In this document: one piece after another, positions 1 through 13,110 of the stretch
Position numbering within the stretch: position 1 is the stretch's first letter
How the letters are laid out: the number at the start of each line of letters is the position of its first letter
From: Gekko japonicus
Lineage: Eukaryota
NCBI RefSeq assembly: GCF_001447785.1
Contig: NW_015170912.1
Span: 352,977-416,976 of the forward strand
Length of the DNA stretch: 64,000 nt
Direction: 5' to 3'
Translations under genes and position numbers: made by a program
Notes under the pieces: generated by a model
The model's input: only the letters and a program-made list of their open reading frames with translations
The model's database searches: none
Told to the model about the DNA's origin: nothing

Positions 1-464
1 GTGACTCAGGCAGGGGTGTGTGGAAGGGTTCACAGGGGCGTGCAATTAATCCGTTATCTGCATCACACACAAGTTGTGCCTTAGGGTCCGCAGCCCTTTC
101 TGCACTCTCCTTCTCATCCATGTTCACCATGGTGTCCTCCAGGCAATTCTGCACTAAAATTGAGTTCAACCTTTTTAATTCAGAATTTCCCCTCCATTCT
201 GCACTAAAATCGAGTTCAGCCTTCTTTTTATTCTGGGTTTTCCCGCCGTTCTGCATTACATTACCTCCCTACAGTGGTCAGCCCTGTTTCAGTCTGCTGT
301 TGCCCCGGGTTATTTGGATGCTGTTCTGCTGTGGACTTATATTGCCTCAACTCGAACACTGAGAAAATCCGGAGTGGGAGGCAAATGCGGGAAGGACCCT
401 AGTTTCCTTATGAACCATATACTAACATGGTTTTGGCACTTTAATAATACTGTTACTATAATTT

Positions 465-680
465 GTGCCCTGATCTGGATAGCCCAGGCTAGCCTGATCT
501 CATTAGATCTTGGAAGCTAAGCAGAATTGGCTCTGATTAGTACTTGCGTGGGAGACCACCAAGGAAGTCTAGGGTTGCTATGAAGAGGCAGGTAATGGCA
601 AATCACCTCTGAACGTCTCTTGCTTTGAAAACCCTACGGGGTTGCCATAAGTCAACTTCAACTTGGTGGCACTTTCCACC
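465..680 (+). mobile_element. 5S rRNA-derived SINE
   Basis: Head resembles 5S rRNA (gcctgatctc..agatct.ggaagctaagcag...ttagtacttg..tgggagacc), followed by a non-5S body and tail. Confidence 0.8.
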
Positions 681-782
681 CCTACTGTAATTTGTGGTTG
701 GGAGTGTGATGTGCAGAGGTTATTGGATGACGATAGCTGCAGCTAGTTAGGAGACACTCGTTAGGAGACTTTTCAATAGGTA

Positions 783-1138
783 AAAAGGTAAAGGTAAAGG
801 TTCCCTTGCTCGAAAGCCAGTTGAATCCGACTCTAGGGTTGCGGTGCTCATCTCCATTTCAAAGCCAAAGAGCCAGCGCTGTCCAAAGATGTTTCCGTGG
901 TCATGTGGCCAGCATGACTAAACACCAAGGCGCATGGAACGCTGTTACCTTCCCATTGAAGTGGTACCTATTTATCTACTTGCAATTTCTTGCTTTCGAA
1001 CTGCTAGCTTGGCAGGAGCTGGAACTAGAAACAGGAGCTCACTCCGTCATGCGGCACACTTGGGTCTCGAACTGCTGAACTACCGACCTTCCACAGCCTG
1101 CAGTTCAGCGTCTTAACCACTTGCACCACCACAGCTCC
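783..1138 (-). mobile_element. Sauria SINE (Squam1), full length
   Basis: (ACCTTT)n tail, core gtggtacctatttatctact and tRNA-like head; TSD ttttcaataggta at 770-782 and 1140-1152. Confidence 0.9.
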
Positions 1139-1179
1139 TTTTTCAATAGGTAGTAAGTAGGTAAATAACCATTCCCATT

Positions 1180-1515
1180 ATAAGAATATAAGAGAAGCCA
1201 ATGTTGGATCAGGCCAATGGCCCATCAAGTCCAACACTCTGTCACACAGTGGCCAAAAATACCAGGTGCCATCAGGAGGTCCAGCAGTGCCCCCCCCAAA
1301 GCACCAAGAATACAGAGCTTCACTTGCCCCAGACTGAGAGTTTCTATCTATACCTTGTGGCTAATAGCCACTGATGGACCTCTGCTCTGTATGTTTATCT
1401 AATTCCCTCTTGAAGCCATCCATGCCACCTCCTGTGGCAGTGAATTCCATGTGTTAATCACTCTTTGGGTGAAGAAGTACATCTTTTTATCTGTTCTGAC
1501 CCGACTGTTCTAATC
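1180..1515 (-). mobile_element. CR1 LINE 3' fragment
   Basis: taagaatataagagaagcc...ggatcaggccaatggcccatc-type CR1 3' end in reverse orientation. Confidence 0.75.
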
Positions 1516-1695
1516 CAGATCTGGTGCCTCGCCATTCATTTGGGAAGCTGAGAATCTAATTGGAAGATGAAAGAAAAGAACACCCTGTGGGGCAGAAAAT
1601 AAAAGCAAGCACCTATACATGCTCTAACTTTATGCCTTCAGCTGCATGCTTGGACTTTACTTTTATGCACTGCTTTTTTGTTTGTTTCATTTTAG

Positions 1696-4600
1696 TGTTT
1701 AAGTGGGTCAGGAAGACACTAATTGCACTAGTTCAAGTTACTTTTGGAAGAACCATCAACAAGTGAGTGAATTACACTTTTTTTTAACTTCTAGAACTGC
1801 TGCTCTGTAAATAAACTGCTTGATGCAAGGACCGTTGAAAACCAGAGTGTTCTGTGTAATTGGTTGATTTAGAAACAAGTTAAGTATCTCTGTCATTCCT
1901 GTTGTACAGATAGCCAGTCACTATTTCATCCGCTTTAGGTCAAAATTCAAGTGGTTCTTTGGGCCCAGTATGTCAGCCATCCCATATGATCAGGGTTATG
2001 TGTTATGCACTAATAACTCCCAAGTCCTGTAAAAATTTCAATAGTTTGCATAATTCTGTTTCTGCTTGTCAGGGTGTTTTGGGGGGTGAATTATGCAGGG
2101 TGTACCTATCCTCCCAAATTTCTGAGACGTCACCAGTCATATCAGGATGCAGAAATGAGACCCAGTCCCCCCCCCCAAGTGCTTGTGGACAGTAATTGCA
2201 CCTAGCATGTTATGCAACTGAAAACCACCAGAGGGGGCACAAGAGCAGCAGATGGGAGCTTTTCCGCAAAAGGGAGCGAGGCTCTTCCTGCCTGTCGCGA
2301 GTTAATAAACGCCATCCATTGAGTAGAGTTTTTTAAATGTTGTCCTTCCAATGAGCTCAGGGAGGAAAACATGGTTCTCTCCCCTTCTCCCGTTTTATCC
2401 TCGAAACAACAACTCTGAGGTAGGTTAGGCTTACAGAGTGACTGGCCCAAGGTCACCCTGTGGACGAGGATGCAAGAAGAACCCTTCTGAATTAGAATCT
2501 CCACCCAGCCCAGCATACTGTTTCACACAATAGCCAACCCGTTGCCCTGGTGGGATAACAGAGCATAGCAGGCAAGGCAGTGGGTTTGAGCCGGGTTCTC
2601 CCAGGTCTTAGTATTCTAACAGAATTCTGCAGTTGTGGGATGCCAGTTCTGATGATTCCCTGTGTTTAAAGCAAAACAAAACTAGCCTATCGGGGGAGAG
2701 ATTCTAGCCCTGCCTACTCTGTATTTGCAAGGTGTCTTTACAGAAGACAGCTTTAAAAACACAGGTTTTGTTCCCCACCTGCATGAAATGAGACCGATCT
2801 TTCTATACCCCATTTTCTGGCATGTTTAGGCTAGGCCACATTTCTACGGAATGAGATGGCTTCTCCAGTTTTCGGTTTTGCTATCATCATTTATCATTCT
2901 CCTAAATGAGACTTGGTTCTGGGCTTCCTTCCCCTCTTTAATGCTGCACCCTTCCAGAATCTAAGTATTGCCATTTCAAGAGTACCCTTTAGATCAATCC
3001 AAACTGCATTCTCTCTAAAGAACATTGTAACTGTGGCTACATAGGTAAATGTCACGACAGGAGAATAGCAGCTGTATTGTCTGAAAAGCAGGTTTGAAGG
3101 GTAGGGGTTCAGAGCACGTCTGTCTGGCATAGCATTTACAGCTTACTCATTCTTATCACCTCTTTTCAAGGCAAATTCGTGACACTGTTAATTGGATCTT
3201 CAGTGAACCAATGCTTGTATACTATATTAATGTATTCCGAGATGCTTTTTGGCCAAATGGGAAACTGGCATCCGGCACAAAGCCCAGAAGTGAAGAACAA
3301 GGCCTGGAGACGAAACAGAAAGCACAGCAAAAATTACTTGAAAACATTCCAGGTGCGTATATCAATTACAGGAAATGTAATTAGTCAGAGGACAATGAAA
3401 GCGGCTTACCTTTCATATTGTACGTTAGAGATTTAGAAGAGCTTCACAGATAAGGTGAATCTGTTTATTATCTCTCTTTCTCTGTCTTGCACTCAAACAC
3501 ATAGGCACACAGAATTTAGCAGCTACTCATGCACATTCAGACTTGCTTATTTAACCTTTAACAGGGTCACCCAGTGTCTTAACCATTGTGTTTCCCTATG
3601 GATAACGATTAGAAATGCTCCTTTTGAAGCAAGTCTGGGTAGCATTTATATAATGGGAAATATCAGAGAGAGAGAAAATCCAAAAAGGGCATTCTGCATG
3701 TCGATTCATTGGTCCCACAGATGTAAGATTAGCAAGTCCTGTTATATTTCTTGGTATTCTGGGTTAGTTTTTTTCTGTGTCCCCCCCCCCTTTCATCTTA
3801 GGAGCTTACAATAATATACATAGTTCTCCCCCCCCCCCCATTTTGTCCTCAAGATGGCTTTGTGAGAGAGGTTATACTCTGTGATTGGGCCAAGTAAGCT
3901 TTATGATGGTGGGAATTTGAACCCAAGTTTGTTTGTTTATTTATTTCATGAGGCTTCGATACTCCCCTCCCCCATGACTGGGCTCATGGGGATGCACAAC
4001 AAAATTAATAAAAATATATATAAAAACAATACACATTCTAGAATCCTAGTCTGTAAACCAAAACATCTGCATGGTACGATGATATAAATTCCTGACCCCG
4101 TCAATTTACATCAGCATGTGGGAAAGGGGGTGAAAAGCAGTTAAAAGCTGGCTAGATGTTAAAACTGCTAAGAACCGTTAAACCATTAAAAAACCCATTG
4201 CTGTCCTCAACCATATGTTTGGCAAAAGAGATCTACCTTGCAGGCCCTGCAGAATTGTAACAGATCTCACATGGCCCCGATGTCAGTAGGCAAAGACTTC
4301 CACCAAGTCGGAGCCTGGTTGAGGACTTTACTTTTATGCTTTGAGCCAGGGACGTCCAGTAGGTGTTGGTCTCCTGAGCATAATGTTCTTCGGGGGACAT
4401 ACCAGGAGAGGCGGTCCCTGACTGTTTAGGGCCTTATAGGTCAAGACCAAAACCTTGTACCTGACCTGGTACTCAACACAGAGCCAGTGCAGTTGGCGAA
4501 GCACATGTTGTATGTTCCCATGTTGTATGTGTGCAGTTATTGGTGTCCCCGTAAGGACCCAAGCCACTGTGTTCTGGACAAGGTGTAACTTCTGGATCAG

Positions 4601-7600
4601 CCTCAATCAAGCCTAGAAGTGACCGTTGCATAGATTACTGTGGCTAAGCCGGGGCAAGACAGGTAGGGGGCCAGTTGCTTGACCTGGAATAGTTGGAAAA
4701 ATGCCAGCCTGGCAATGTTTGTGACCTGGGCCTCCATTGACAAGGAGGCATCCAGGACCACACCCAAACTCTAGACCGTCTGTGCGGTGTTAGAGGCATG
4801 TGGTCAAGGGTCAGGAGTTGGCACTCCAAACCTGAATCTCCCCCACCCAGCCAGAGAACCTCCATCTGGTTATTTGTTTATATTCATCCTTGGTTATAAG
4901 GCCTTCCATTTCCTAAATGAGTCTTTTTTTATTTCTCAAGTCTTTAGAAAGCTATTTCTGGAGCCACTTTGGCTTCTTTAGGCTCTTCCCATTTTCCCTT
5001 CTCATAGGAATCATTTGTGATTGTGCCTTCAGTATTTCACTTTTAAGAAACTCCCACCCCTCTTGAACGCCCTTCTACTTAAGTATTTCTGACCACGGGA
5101 TTCTACCCAGCATAACTTTAAGTTTGTCACAATTGGCTTTCCTGAAGTCCAACCTATATGTCTGACTACATACAGCTTCTTCCTTACCCAAGACTGTAAA
5201 TTCCAAAATTACATGGTCACTACTACCCAGGGTGCCCACTACTTTCACCTCGTCAGCCAGTTCTTCCTTCTTCCTTGTTGGTGAGACTCAAGTCCAAGAT
5301 AGCAGATCCCCTTGTTTCCTTCTCCAGTTTCTGGAAAATGAAGTTATCAGCAAGACATGTCATTAATTTATTTGACCTTTCATTTTTAGCAAAGTTGGGC
5401 TGCCAACAGATACCTGGGTAATTGAAATCTCCCATGACCACTGTGTCCCATCTCTTTGAGAACTTTGTAATCTGTTCTAGGAGTGTCTCTAGGCTTGCCA
5501 AGTCCCCCCGGGGGGCCGGGAAACCCCCGCCCCAGAGGCCTGTTCCCCGCCGCTGGCAGATCGGGCCCCGGGGGGAACCCCACCCCGACGTGCACATCAC
5601 CCGTCACTCTATGGTTTTCCCTCGGATGGTCGTGGCCAATGTTCCCTCTAAGCTGTGGAGTCTTGTGAGCAAAAATTCTACTTTGTGAGCCACTGGAATT
5701 AAAGTTGTGAGCAAGTGATTTGGCTGCTGCATAAATTAGTTTGCTTGGAGCCATCCTTCCTGAGCTAAGACAAAAATGTGTGAGCCGGAGGCTAAAGAAC
5801 TGTGAGATAGCTCACACTAACTCAGCTTAGAGGGAACAGTGGTCGTGGCCCCGCCCCCAGCGTGCCCGGCGTGGTCGTGTCACTTCCGAGTGACGTGGAT
5901 GCAGCGCGCGCGCACTCCAGTTGCAAGCCGGGCCAACCTGCTGCGGCTACCCGGGCCAACCCACTGCGGTGAAAATCTGACTTGGCAAACCTGAGTGTCT
6001 CATCTAAGTCCTCTGCCTGGCTTGTTGGTCTATAGCAGACCCCCACCATAATATCACAATTATTTCTTACTCCTTTTATTTTTACCCAGAGATTCTCAAC
6101 TGAACTTCCACGCTCAGATTCATGTACTTCCTCACAAGTATATTACCTCCTTTACATATACAGCTAAATTGGCACCTACTGCCACTGTTATAATTTAGGA
6201 AAGATCCAACTTAGAATAAATTATTTACCTACCCCAAGCTTCCAGTTTTGTTTTTTGAATTACAAGTCCACTTGTACAGTGGATTGATCTAAAGAATAGC
6301 TATTTAGCAAGCAGACCTGTGAGATCAAGAAGAAACCCTAACTAACATAAAGGGAAGGTGTTTTTTTAAAAAAAATCCTTAAATATCCATGCTACATGTT
6401 TTCAAAATGAACAGAATAAGTGCCGGGGAAAAGATAAGGAACGTTACAATAGAGGACAGCCCAGTTCATAACAATACTGTGTCCAGATTCCCAAAACACA
6501 TTTCGAATATCTCAAAAAAGAACTTGTTTTGACAAAGTATTTCTATTGGTGTTTTAGTATTAAGGGAAGCCCGGAGGATCATTTTGTCCGGTCCAGCGAA
6601 GTGATACATAAACCAGGCTTTGAAACTAGGGATCTCGGTTCCAGTCCTTCTGGGCATTCAGCCATATTACTGCCACGTCAGCTAGAGAGAAGAACATGCA
6701 GGGGGTGATGTGTTTCAAATTCAGGATGAATTGGCTCGGAGGGTAGCAGAGCTGTGTCTTTAGAAAGCAGGAGTCAGATCAAAAAGAAAGCAGAATCTTT
6801 CTCCCAGGTGGGCTCACTTCTGATGTCTGAGGCCAGCAGCGAGGAAAAGGAGTTTGGATGATGGACTTGGGAGGGTTGAGGGTTCAGCTTTCCTTACCCA
6901 TGGGTCCTAAATTAAAACCACCCATTTTTATAGGTGGCAGCTTTAAACATGGGAGGCCTGTGATCGTATCTAGTTTGGCCTTTAGGCACATACAGGCATT
7001 AAGTGGTGTTCTCCGAAGCAGACTAAAAATGTTTCTTTCAGACACTCTACAGAGTCTTGTTGGACAGCAGAATGCTCGCCATGGTGTAATCAAAGTATTC
7101 AATGCACTTCAAGAAACCAAGGCCAATAAGCATCTTCTCTATGTGAGTTATTAACTGCGCCTTTTTCGGCCTTTGAGGTTTTGGTTGCTGCTTAAACGTA
7201 TCCTTTTTCTTCAAGTCTTAAGACTTTACTTCCCAGAGCTCATCATTTGATTGTAGTATTATCTGTTATTTTATTCTCTACTGTATTTTTTTAAAGACTC
7301 ACAGCATTTTAAACTAGGGATTAAAAAAAAATTAAAAATGGTATTTACCCATCCCCCAAATAAGCGGATTCTCAGTTCCCTAGGAAACTCAGAAGAATTT
7401 GCCAGATCCTAAATCATGTCTCGTCTGTTAAGAATCCCCAGGGGCATGGCGTGGATTGGTCCTTCCCTTGTGCGGTAGTCCCGAGTTCTCTTCTGCCTAT
7501 GTGCTCTTTTTGTTTCCCTTTGTTAGCACTACTCTGAGTGCAGTATTCTACTGAGATTAAGGTTCAGACCAAGGTTTCAAAACTGAAGGAGGTGATTATA

Positions 7601-7945
7601 GGAAACCAGCTGCAATACAGTGATAATCAGCAGCTGTTTTTTTTCTGAAGGGCCACGTCAAGGAAGGTGTGAAGGTGATAATAAGTCAAGTTTTCTCTCA
7701 AAATGTGAATTGACAGCAGGCCCCTTAATCACCTCTGCTCCCTTCCATACAGTCCTCTTTACTCTGGATTTGCAATACTGGGGGGGGGGGGATTGTACCA
7801 TCTTGTTTTTAATGCCATAGACTGGAGGGTATCTTTCCAAATATCCTTCTTTTTGTCTTTCCAGGTATTATTGGAATTGCTGCTAATTGAACTGTGTCCT
7901 GAGTTAAGAACTCATCTAGAGCAGCTTAAGGCTGTTCCAGTTTGA
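1696..7945 (+). CDS. SNX25: Sorting nexin-25, last four coding exons (5'-partial): join(1696..1762,3171..3352,7042..7142,7865..7945)
   Basis: Spliced translation [54 protein letters not shown]...[68 protein letters not shown] matches the recalled SNX25 C-terminal (Nexin_C/PXC) region. All junctions are AG/GT with consistent phases; TGA at 7943-7945. Confidence 0.96.
3930..4860 (-). mobile_element. L2 LINE 3' fragment (degraded)
   Basis: Minus-strand peptide [16 protein letters not shown]...VLRQLHWL...[13 protein letters not shown] typical of the L2 ORF2 C-terminus. Confidence 0.75.
5490..5993. mobile_element. hAT-type MITE (TIR taggcttgccaag...cttggcaaacctg)
   Basis: Terminal inverted repeats and 8-bp TSD agtgtctc at 5482-5489 and 5994-6001; CpG-rich. 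Confidence 0.85.
5637..5841. mobile_element. hAT MITE (TIR ca.tgttccctctaagctg...cagcttagagggaaca.tg) nested in the previous MITE
   Basis: 8-bp TSD gtcgtggc at 5629-5636 and 5842-5849; same family at 36022, 40016 and 45590. Confidence 0.9.
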
Positions 7946-8457
7946 TTCTGCAGAAGTGAAATACTCAAGAAATGTCTGTGTTTTGTTCTGTTTTTTAATC
8001 ATAGACATGAAACTTATTTCCCTCTTTTTCACAGAGGGCTGATTGAAGACTGCTGAGGATTTATAGGGTTTTTTTTTTCCTTTTGAGTTTTATGTGAAGT
8101 AAACAAGACTTGAAAAGAACTGGTGACGATAGTAGGGTAGAACGGCCAGTACTGTGTAGTTTCTGGCTTTTATTTAACTTGTTACATGAATATAATTCTA
8201 TCAGAGATGCAGACTGAAATATAAATGTTAATATAAGAACTATAAAACTATTTTAAACATTTATGAAAGGCATTTTGCTTTAGTGGTTTACCAATGGATG
8301 TTGTACAGTTAATTTCCTGCTGAGGAAAATGAACATTCCTCTATTTTCTTGTGCATTGAAGAGCCTTGTTGTGCAATACTCTATGTAAAGATATTGTGTA
8401 AATTTTATTGTTTTTATTTTTACCAAAGATTTCCCATAGTTTTGAGCCTTTGTAAGC

Positions 8458-8463
8458 AATAAA
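8458..8463 (+). terminator. Putative polyadenylation signal of SNX25
   Basis: AATAAA about 510 nt after the stop, ending an AU-rich 3' UTR-like stretch. Confidence 0.6.
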
Positions 8464-9064
8464 TTACAAAACTGGCCTGCAGTGCTTCATAATTAAGCTC
8501 TGTTTTGTAGCTTGCAAATGGGGGTCTACTGTGCCTGCTGACTTCAGGGGGAGCCACATTGATGTCTCTGGGCAAAAGGGACATAGCTTCAGTTTCATGT
8601 TCTCCTCCGACTTCTCTTGCTGATGAACTGGATTTAAACCGCTTGTGGCCTCCTAATATTATCCAGAGCTGTTTTCTTTAAATGCCCCCCTCTTTAAAGA
8701 GGTATTAAATCAGGTTTGGATTTTATTCTAATGGTGCCAGTTCGCTTTTTTTAGAAGCTGAGCTACTGCTGCCTGCTTCTTAGAGGTATGGGCATTTTCT
8801 GAAATCCAATTTACAACATGGTCAGCAGTGTGGCAATGTTTCAGGGCTTGTATATATCCAAGGCGAGTCTTCCTTGCCATCACTCTTTTTTTTTCCATTC
8901 TTTGCACAGGGCTATGATATGGCTATGCAGCCAGTCTCCTTTCCACAGTTGAGTAGCTACTGTTGTGTGTTAATTCCCACCCCCCGGCCCAGAATGTGGC
9001 CACAACAACTTAATATAGGGAAGCTTCAAAGAATTGGGGGTGGGAGTATTTTTGCATTTGTGTC

Positions 9065-9272
9065 TGTGTGTGCGCCCGTGCCTGGAAGTCGCAACCTCCA
9101 GCGACTCCTACTGGGGCATGGAGGGCGTTCATAGAAGTGGCTTGATAGCCTGCCTCTCCCTCTCGGCCCTGGTATTCTTTGGAGGTCTCCCATTCAAATA
9201 CTTGCAGGGTTGGCCCTGCTTAGCTTCCGAGATCTGACGAGATCAGGCTTGTCTGGGCTATCCAGGTCAGAG
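9065..9272 (-). mobile_element. 5S rRNA-derived SINE
   Basis: Reverse complement of the 5S-like head (ctgcttagcttccgagatctgacgagatcaggct) with a (CA)n-like tail. Confidence 0.8.
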
Positions 9273-9311
9273 TGGAAAGCTTGAAAGGAATTTAATGGTA
9301 AAATGCACATA

Positions 9312-10107
9312 CCTAAAGAGCCTCTTGCTCAGAGTGAAAGAGGAGAGCACAAAAGTGGGCTTGAAGTGCAACATCAAAAAAACTAAGATCATGGCATCCG
9401 GCCCCATCACTCCTTGGCAAATATAAGGGGAAGTCGTGGAAGTAGTGACAGACTTCACGTTCCTGGGAGCCCAGATCACCGCAGACTGTGACAGCAGCCA
9501 TGAAATTAAAAGACGCCTGCTCCTTGGGAGGAAAGCGATGGCAAACCTAAACAGCATGATAGTCAAGTTTATTACGGTCATAGACCAGTATAATAGAAGA
9601 CATACAGCATGATAAAAAGTAGAGACATCAATCACCCTGCCAACAAAAGTCCGCATGGTCAAAGCAATGGTATTCCCAGTAGTCATGTATGGCTGCGAGA
9701 GTTGGACTATAAGGAAGGCCGAGCACCGAAGAATAGATTCTTTTGAACTATGGTGCTGGAGAAGACTCTTGAGAGTCCCTTGGACTGCAAAAAGATCAAA
9801 TCAGTCAATCCTAAAAGAAATCAACCCTGACTGTTCCCTGGAAGGCCAGATAATGAAACTGAAGCTCAAATACTTTGGCCACCAAATGAGAAGGGAGCAC
9901 TCACTGGAGAAGACCCTGATGCTGGGAAAGATTGAAGGTCAAAGAAGACGGGGACGGCAAAGGATGAGATGGTTAGACAGTGTCATAGATGCAACGAACA
10001 TGAAATTGAGCCAACTTCAGAGGACGGTGGAAGACAGGAGGGCCTGGCGAGAGATGGTCCATGGGGTCGCGAAGAGTCGGACTCGACTGTGTGACTGAAC
10101 AACAACA
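9312..10107 (+). mobile_element. BovB (RTE clade) LINE, 5'-truncated
   Basis: ORF 9655-10098 VKAMVFPVVMYGCESWTIRKAEHRRIDSFELWCWRRLLRVPWTA...GRQRMRWLD is the BovB ORF C-terminus; ends in a ctgaac(aac)n tail. Confidence 0.93.
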
Positions 10108-10547
10108 CACATATTTGACAGACTGTGGAGCTCACGTGAATAACTCAGCAAGTCTGGTTCAAGTTTGACAAAAAAGTCCCAAGTTTATAGATTACTTTGT
10201 GTACAGTCCACATCTGCCATGGGTGCTGTTGCTCACACACAGAACCAATGTGGTGATGTTGGAGCCTGTCGTCTTAGAATCAAATCCCTTCTCAGCCACG
10301 AAGTCCATGGGGCTTCCTTGGGTCAGTCACATTCTCAATCTAATCTGTGGGTTAAATGGGGTGGGGGAGACTATCTCAGCAGTCAAAGCTCCTTGAAGGA
10401 CCGACAACATAAAATGCAATAGATACATATGTAGTGGTTTCATGTGAAAAATGAAAGTGCTCTACAGATACTTGCTCATAAAACTGTTAAGGTAAGAATT
10501 TAGTTTGCAAACATATGAACAGATATCTATTTATTTCTCTTTATTTA

Positions 10548-11200
10548 TAAATAATTTTTATTTAATTATTAAAAAAAACAGACATAAACATCAAGTACAC
10601 ACCCCACTCCCCATAGAGAAATAACCTACAGTGTACACATAACAACAAAAAAGCAAAAAAAGAGGGGGGAAAGGTGAAAAAGGTGAAAAACAAGCAAATT
10701 AAGGCATTAGTTGAGAGCTCAACATTCAGCATAAATACAAAGAGAAGGACTTCTTTTCCCCTTTTTTCTTTTCCTATAGACATGCATAATTAATATATAA
10801 TTACAACATGATTAAAGTATAGAGAGAGGCTTATTTCACTTTATCCCATAATCTGAGGAAGGGCTTAAACATACTTTGGGTATTGTTCTGAGCTGCGTAT
10901 AAAATAAAATCATGCCACGTTTCAAAAAAGTGCAGTTTTGGCTTTGGATTTGATTATTCTAATTTTTCAGCTATTGCAATCTGCCATAACTCAGAATACC
11001 ATGAGTGTAGTGTTAATAATTCTGCGGCTTTCCAACTTTTAGCAACTGTCCTGTGCGCTGCCATTAACATAAACACTATTAGTCCTTTAGAAGTCACCTT
11101 TTCATTTTGTTTCTCCCATATTGTTAATAGGGCCAAAGCTGGTGTAACACAGATGGTTTGACGTGTAATTTTTGCCATTTCTGCAAAACTGTTCTCCCAG
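10548..11200 (-). mobile_element. L1/Tx1-clade LINE 3' fragment
   Basis: Minus-strand peptide LMAAHRTVAKSWK...WYSELWQIAIAEKL typical of an L1-type ORF2 C-terminus; A-rich tail; 16-bp TSD tatttctctttattta at 10532-10547 and 11201-11216. Confidence 0.8.
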
Positions 11201-12606
11201 TATTTCTCTTTATTTAGACATCTTCTTTGCTACCTCTCCAGAGAACCTGCTCAAGGCAGCTTACAAATTGAAAAATAATAAAAGCCTGTCACCATACAGG
11301 TTGTTAACCCAGCAAGACAATAAGAACAGCATAAAATTCTGTACATCTTGAAAAGAACATTTCTTGGGCTAGACACAGACTTTAATAATGAGGTTAAAAG
11401 ATCAGCAATTTAAAAGGCCAGGTTAAAAATGTTTGGGTGGAAAACAATGTAGGTGCCAGGCGAACCTTGAGGTAGAGGAGGAGTGTTGAAGGGGCCACTG
11501 CAGAGAAGGCCCTGTCTCTGGTTGCCATTAATAGCAGCAGTGCGAGGGTTCAGCTTTGCCTGGGGCCACAGCAGCCAACAAGTATGGTTTAGAAGACATG
11601 CCCTGCGTGTTTTTATCTATACAACTTATATCTGAAAGAAGTCTGATATACCTTTATAGGAAGGCTCAGTTAATTCACTAGCACAGGGGTACCCTGTGGG
11701 CATCATGGTGCCTGCCAACACCTTTTCTGACACCCCACAAGAGTTTGTAGAAAGTGGGCATGGCCAAGTGGGGCTTTTGCCCAGCAATGATTCTGACGGG
11801 TCACTGGAAATTTTATTGGCTGTGCAGATGTTTTAAAAAGTTGGTTTGGTAGCCGCTGCCGCCACCACACAAGGATTTTTACTGTGTGACTGAAGGTAAG
11901 CTGGAGCAGCCATTTTGTGTCTGGCAGGCCTGTAGCCAGGATGTTGTGGCTTGTGGAGCAAATTTTTTTCTGGTGGGGCTGAAGTTCTCAGTGCAGAAAG
12001 AAAAGCCATTGAGCCAATAGAAAGCCAGGATAGATCTCTAAATTGCAAGCTGCGATCCACTTTAGATGATAGTTCTCGGCTGCTGCAAGTCAATCACTTC
12101 TGTCAAGCAATTCTAATAACAAGCCAACAGGTGGGGGTGATGACTCCTATAGTCAAGAAAGCTAACACTTAGGCAGAAAAACTCCCTTAAAGGAGACCAG
12201 TTTCTTGACACAGAGTTAGAAGGGATCCTAGAGGTCACCTACTCCAACCCACCTTGTTCAGTGCATGAATCAGTTAACTACAGCACCCCAATCTGCTTAA
12301 AGGAGTGCATGCCTTTAAAAAAACATTTTAAAATGATTGGGGGGGGGGGACATTTACAGGAGAAATTCTTGTGGGGCTGTGCCTTTAAGAAAGGGGGTGG
12401 AGCCCCCAAAAGTTCCACCATAGCTACAGCCCTTGCTTGCATTACCATTCTCTGTCAGAATTCCAAAGGTGCCCACAGGTTCAAAAAGGCATATTCTTCC
12501 AGAATGTCCAATTACATGCATGCAGTGTTTTAAAACTGAATTAAGAGGTACAGGTTCAAAGTTCTTAAAATTTTGATCTTGTGCCTTAATTTTGCACAAT
12601 TAACAA

Positions 12607-13110
12607 TTTTATTATTATTATTATTATTAATGATAATAATGATAATCTTTCAGTTTATTAATCGCTCAATCCTGCAGAGCTTGCCGGCTCTGAGCGATTT
12701 ACAGTAATACACACAGGACTAACAATGATTCAAGGGGTAAGGGAGGACAACATATAATCTTTAAATCACACACGTTCGCAGCCGACGGGGAGTTTGTTCA
12801 GCTGTAAGGTCAGACGTGTTCCAGCGGCATTTTCCCCTCGGCGTGGCTTGATATCGTCAGCTTTCTTCGGACTGCTTCAAGTTGCAGCGCAGCACTGCCA
12901 CCGCCTGGCCGGACGGCCCATTACAGGCTTCCTTGATGTCGAAGAGTTCTTTCTAGGCTTTTCGGTCTTACGCGCTGGACATTCTGTTCGCCGGCAAACA
13001 CCTCCCCCACCGGGGGGTTTAGTGTGCCCACCCTCTCTAAGGAGTGGTACCCATTTTATCTACTCGCCGAAGCTTTCGAACCGCTGGGTGGACTGGTATT
13101 AACCCGGTAA
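12607..13110 (-). mobile_element. Squam2/Anolis-SINE2-like element (Sauria-type core with L2-type tail), head truncated
   Basis: Shares the ggtacc.atttatctact...gctttcgaac.gct core with Sauria SINEs; 3' stem-loop aatcgctca...tgagcgatt and (AAT)n tail; CpG-rich. Family name is tentative. Confidence 0.55.

Larger units (their letters stand above)
4865..6170 (-). mobile_element. CR1 LINE ORF2 endonuclease-region fragment, interrupted by nested hAT MITEs
   Basis: Peptides [13 protein letters not shown]...[10 protein letters not shown]...[15 protein letters not shown] and VGVCYRP typical of the CR1 APE domain. Confidence 0.85.

Noticed and set aside
465-570. 5S rRNA gene
   Set aside because: Partial, diverged and fused to a SINE body, so a 5S-derived SINE rather than an rRNA gene; same for about 9180-9270 and 43340-43420.
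806-1078. Repeated 90-aa ORF (also 18720-18992) suggesting a small gene family
   Set aside because: Antisense translation of Sauria SINE copies.
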